NCBI GenBank assembly: GCA_013265495.1
Contig: MU062453.1
Coordinates: forward strand, 3,444,484-3,508,483
DNA from: Vicugna vicugna
Taxonomy: Eukaryota
Reading direction: 5' to 3'
DNA: 64,000 nucleotides
Below the pieces are notes generated by a model, which was given only the letters and a program-made list of their open reading frames with translations, did not search any database and was not told the DNA's origin. Of this stretch, positions 61,376 to 64,000 are shown one piece after another. Position 1 is the first letter of the stretch, and every line of letters begins with the position of its first letter. The position numbers were made by a program, and so were the translations under genes.

Positions 61376-64000
61376 GAACATCTCTATAACCTCCCAAGGC
61401 ATCCCCTTTTTACCTGGAATTGTTACCTGATTTATGATCCGTAGAACCCAAATACACCACATTAAAGCAGGTAGAAGCCCTTTGTGAGAGCTAGGGTTCA
61501 AAGCTATGTCCCAAGTGGCAAGTTCCCCTTTTCTGGTCTGAAGCACTTGGAGGAGGGGGAAGGAGGTTAGGACTTTGCTGCAGGAACACGCTGTCCTCAC
61601 AACGACCCCTTCTCGGCCTCGGAACTGCTGTTATCAGAATCTCCCTGGAGGTCCTGGACAAAGGGTGAAGCCAGGAACTCCTGAGGCGGAAGGGCAGGTC
61701 AGGGGCCTGAGAGAGAAGGGGCAGAAATATGTCTTCCATTTCCCTTGGGCCCCCGCAGCACAGCTGTTGTCCACAGCGAGTTCAGCTGACAATGGGGATG
61801 AACAGCATTCACTCAGCAGGCAGTGATCCAGCGCTCAGGGCACTCCTGGGGGTAAACCGAGTCTCATCCAGGCAAAGTGGCTGTGCGGTGAGTGCTGGTT
61901 CTGGGGTGAGAACCTGCATCTGTTGGGCTCCAGGTGTGGCACCTTTCCCAGTTCACTGCAGTGAAGCTCTGCCGACGGCAGGCCTTTTGCTGTGGCCACA
62001 TCTGCCCTCGCATTTCCCTTCCAGCTGGTTCTGCAATCAGCAGCCCCCCTAGAGGCTCCAAGGAGCTGACTGCTGATGAGGAAAAGGATTAGCCGCAAAC
62101 TTGCTTCTTCCCCCAGCCTCTGCCAGACCCACCGGAGACGTAGGTGTGTCCAGCCTACCTGGGAGCATCTGCTTCTGTCATCAGTCAGGGCTGCCTTGAT
62201 TAGGGCCAGACCCCCTGAGGATGGGGAAAGCCAAAACGAATTAAAACTAAATTTCCAAAGGAAATAAAGAAGCAATAATAATTGGCCACATCTGTGAAAT
62301 TGGGTGCTTGTTAAGAGCCAGGGCCCGGGCCTGGGTTTGAGCCCAAGGGGTGAACGTCATAGACGCTGCTGTAATCACTGCAGGCCCACCCCTGGGGGGT
62401 GTTGTAGGCGGGGAGCCTCAACACCGCTAGATGTTTCTCCATCCGGGGTTCCCCTGGGACCCTCCTCTCGGAAGCTCCATCACTGCCCTTCCACCATTTG
62501 GTACCTCCCGTTTCTCATGGGCCCCCAGGGGAGTCAGCTGAACCAGGACCCGGAGACGGATTCAAGTCCTAGCCCCACTGCTCACGGCCGTGCAACTTGG
62601 GTGAAGTCAGTTCTCCTTCCTGAGCCTCAATGTTCTCACCTGTACAATGGGGGGCTTGTTCCAGGCCAGAAGTTTTCAAACAGACTGCACCTCTCTGTGG
62701 GCCATGAGCTTAAATGAGGGAGTCACAACGGGCATTTATGCACGTTATTCAGCCTCCCTGGTGACATTTTCCCAATGCACACTTTCTGGAAACAATGCTG
62801 CTGGCACCTGGCATGCTGCTGCTGGGCCAGCAGGCTTAATGGCTCTCAAATGGCTCGTGTATTCTGTTCTGTTTCTCTTCACACCGAGTGTGGCTCAGTC
62901 AGAACTAGGGCCAGGCAGGCCTGACTCAGAGCCCGGCTCTGCTCTCACTCGAGGGTGGCTGTGGGCAGCACATCTCCCTCTCTCCAAGCCTGCAGTTAGC
63001 GTCTGTTCATAGGGAAAACCCACCTCCTTCTCGGGGTTGTCTTGTGGATCTGAATTAAGATAATGTATGCAAAGCTCTTGGCTTTGTGAGAGGCACATGG
63101 CGGGCGCCATGTCAGCCCGCTAAAATTATTAAGTTCATATCCCATATATCACAAGAGGCTCCTTGAGGTCAGCACGTCAGCGGACTCAGCGCTCTCCGAC
63201 AGCCAAATAATCAGCTGGCTGTTTGGCATGTATTTGCTTCCTCTGATCGGGTAAGGCTGAGCCGGGAGAACGATAACTATGTCAGGGCTTCCTCTCCACT
63301 TTGCGGCTTCCTGATACTGGTTGCCAGCCATTCCTCCCTCGCTCTAAGACAGCCTTGACCCCCATCCCCAGGAGGGGTAACTTCAGCATCCTCCCCACTG
63401 AAAATGCGTGTCTAGTAGAGCGCGTTACCGGGTGTTATTCTGCTTAAGGTAGGGCGCCATAAAGCTGGCTGAGATCTCTGCGGGGGGACAGATGGTTTGA
63501 CTGGTGGGTTCCCCACGATTCGTCCCGCACCCCCGCCTGCCGCGCTGCACTCAGCTCCAGGCCGTGTTCTCAGCAAGAGCCAGGACTGCAGCCGAGCTTG
63601 CTGGCTTTCCTCTGACCTGGGATCACTTCTCTCCCTCGTGTAGCAGCTGTCTGGAGTGGAAATCTGCACTGAGGGACGGACCTCCTCTCAATCAATGCTC
63701 AAATCAGGCCGAATCCCACAGGAAAGGAGGCTGGCCGGGAGTCAGGAGGGTTCGCTCCCTGAGTTCGTGCATGACACGGGGCAGAGCACTCCAAATCTCA
63801 GTGCTTTGGTTTCCTTGTCTCCATCGGCTTAGAACAGAAATTGCAAATCGTTTGGGCTCCTGTTCTGACACCAACTGGGGGATACGGGTTGCTTCCAATG
63901 CAGTATTGAGATGGATCCTGAGGCTCCCTAGGAAAGGGGGCTGTGATCCATTATCAGTGTCTGCCATGAATTGAAGGACGGGGAAGAATGGTATTTTGGC

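Overview
Mammalian genomic DNA, most likely a camelid (camel or alpaca), judged from camelid-type tRNA-derived SINEs and an L1 3' end. It is a draft assembly with three N gaps (7219-7387, 57977-58108, 58603-58750). Two genes converge tail to tail. On the + strand are the last six coding exons (5-10) and 3'UTR of PTPN1/PTP1B (441 to ~10370). On the - strand is a complete reading frame of RIPOR3/FAM65C: 21 coding exons from ATG 41795 to TAA 12428, 2841 nt, 946 aa, all introns GT-AG and in phase. The remaining ~42-64 kb looks like RIPOR3 intron 1 or upstream sequence rich in MIR, L2, L1, MLT1 and MER repeats. Almost all ORFs in the supplied track are chance ORFs or exon read-throughs. I see no new multi-gene system. 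The most interesting local signals are: (1) a complex templated duplication that creates a second identical splice donor for a RIPOR3 exon, whose use would give an immediate stop; (2) a MER53 hairpin carrying a near-perfect miR-1302 in RIPOR3 sense; (3) PTP1B changes (F280Y at the allosteric site, a 7-aa shorter exon 9 lacking S378/S386) and C-terminal splice options (VCFH vs FLFNSNT, a donor overlapping the likely exon 9 branch point). Comparisons to human sequences and repeat consensuses are from recall and need database confirmation.
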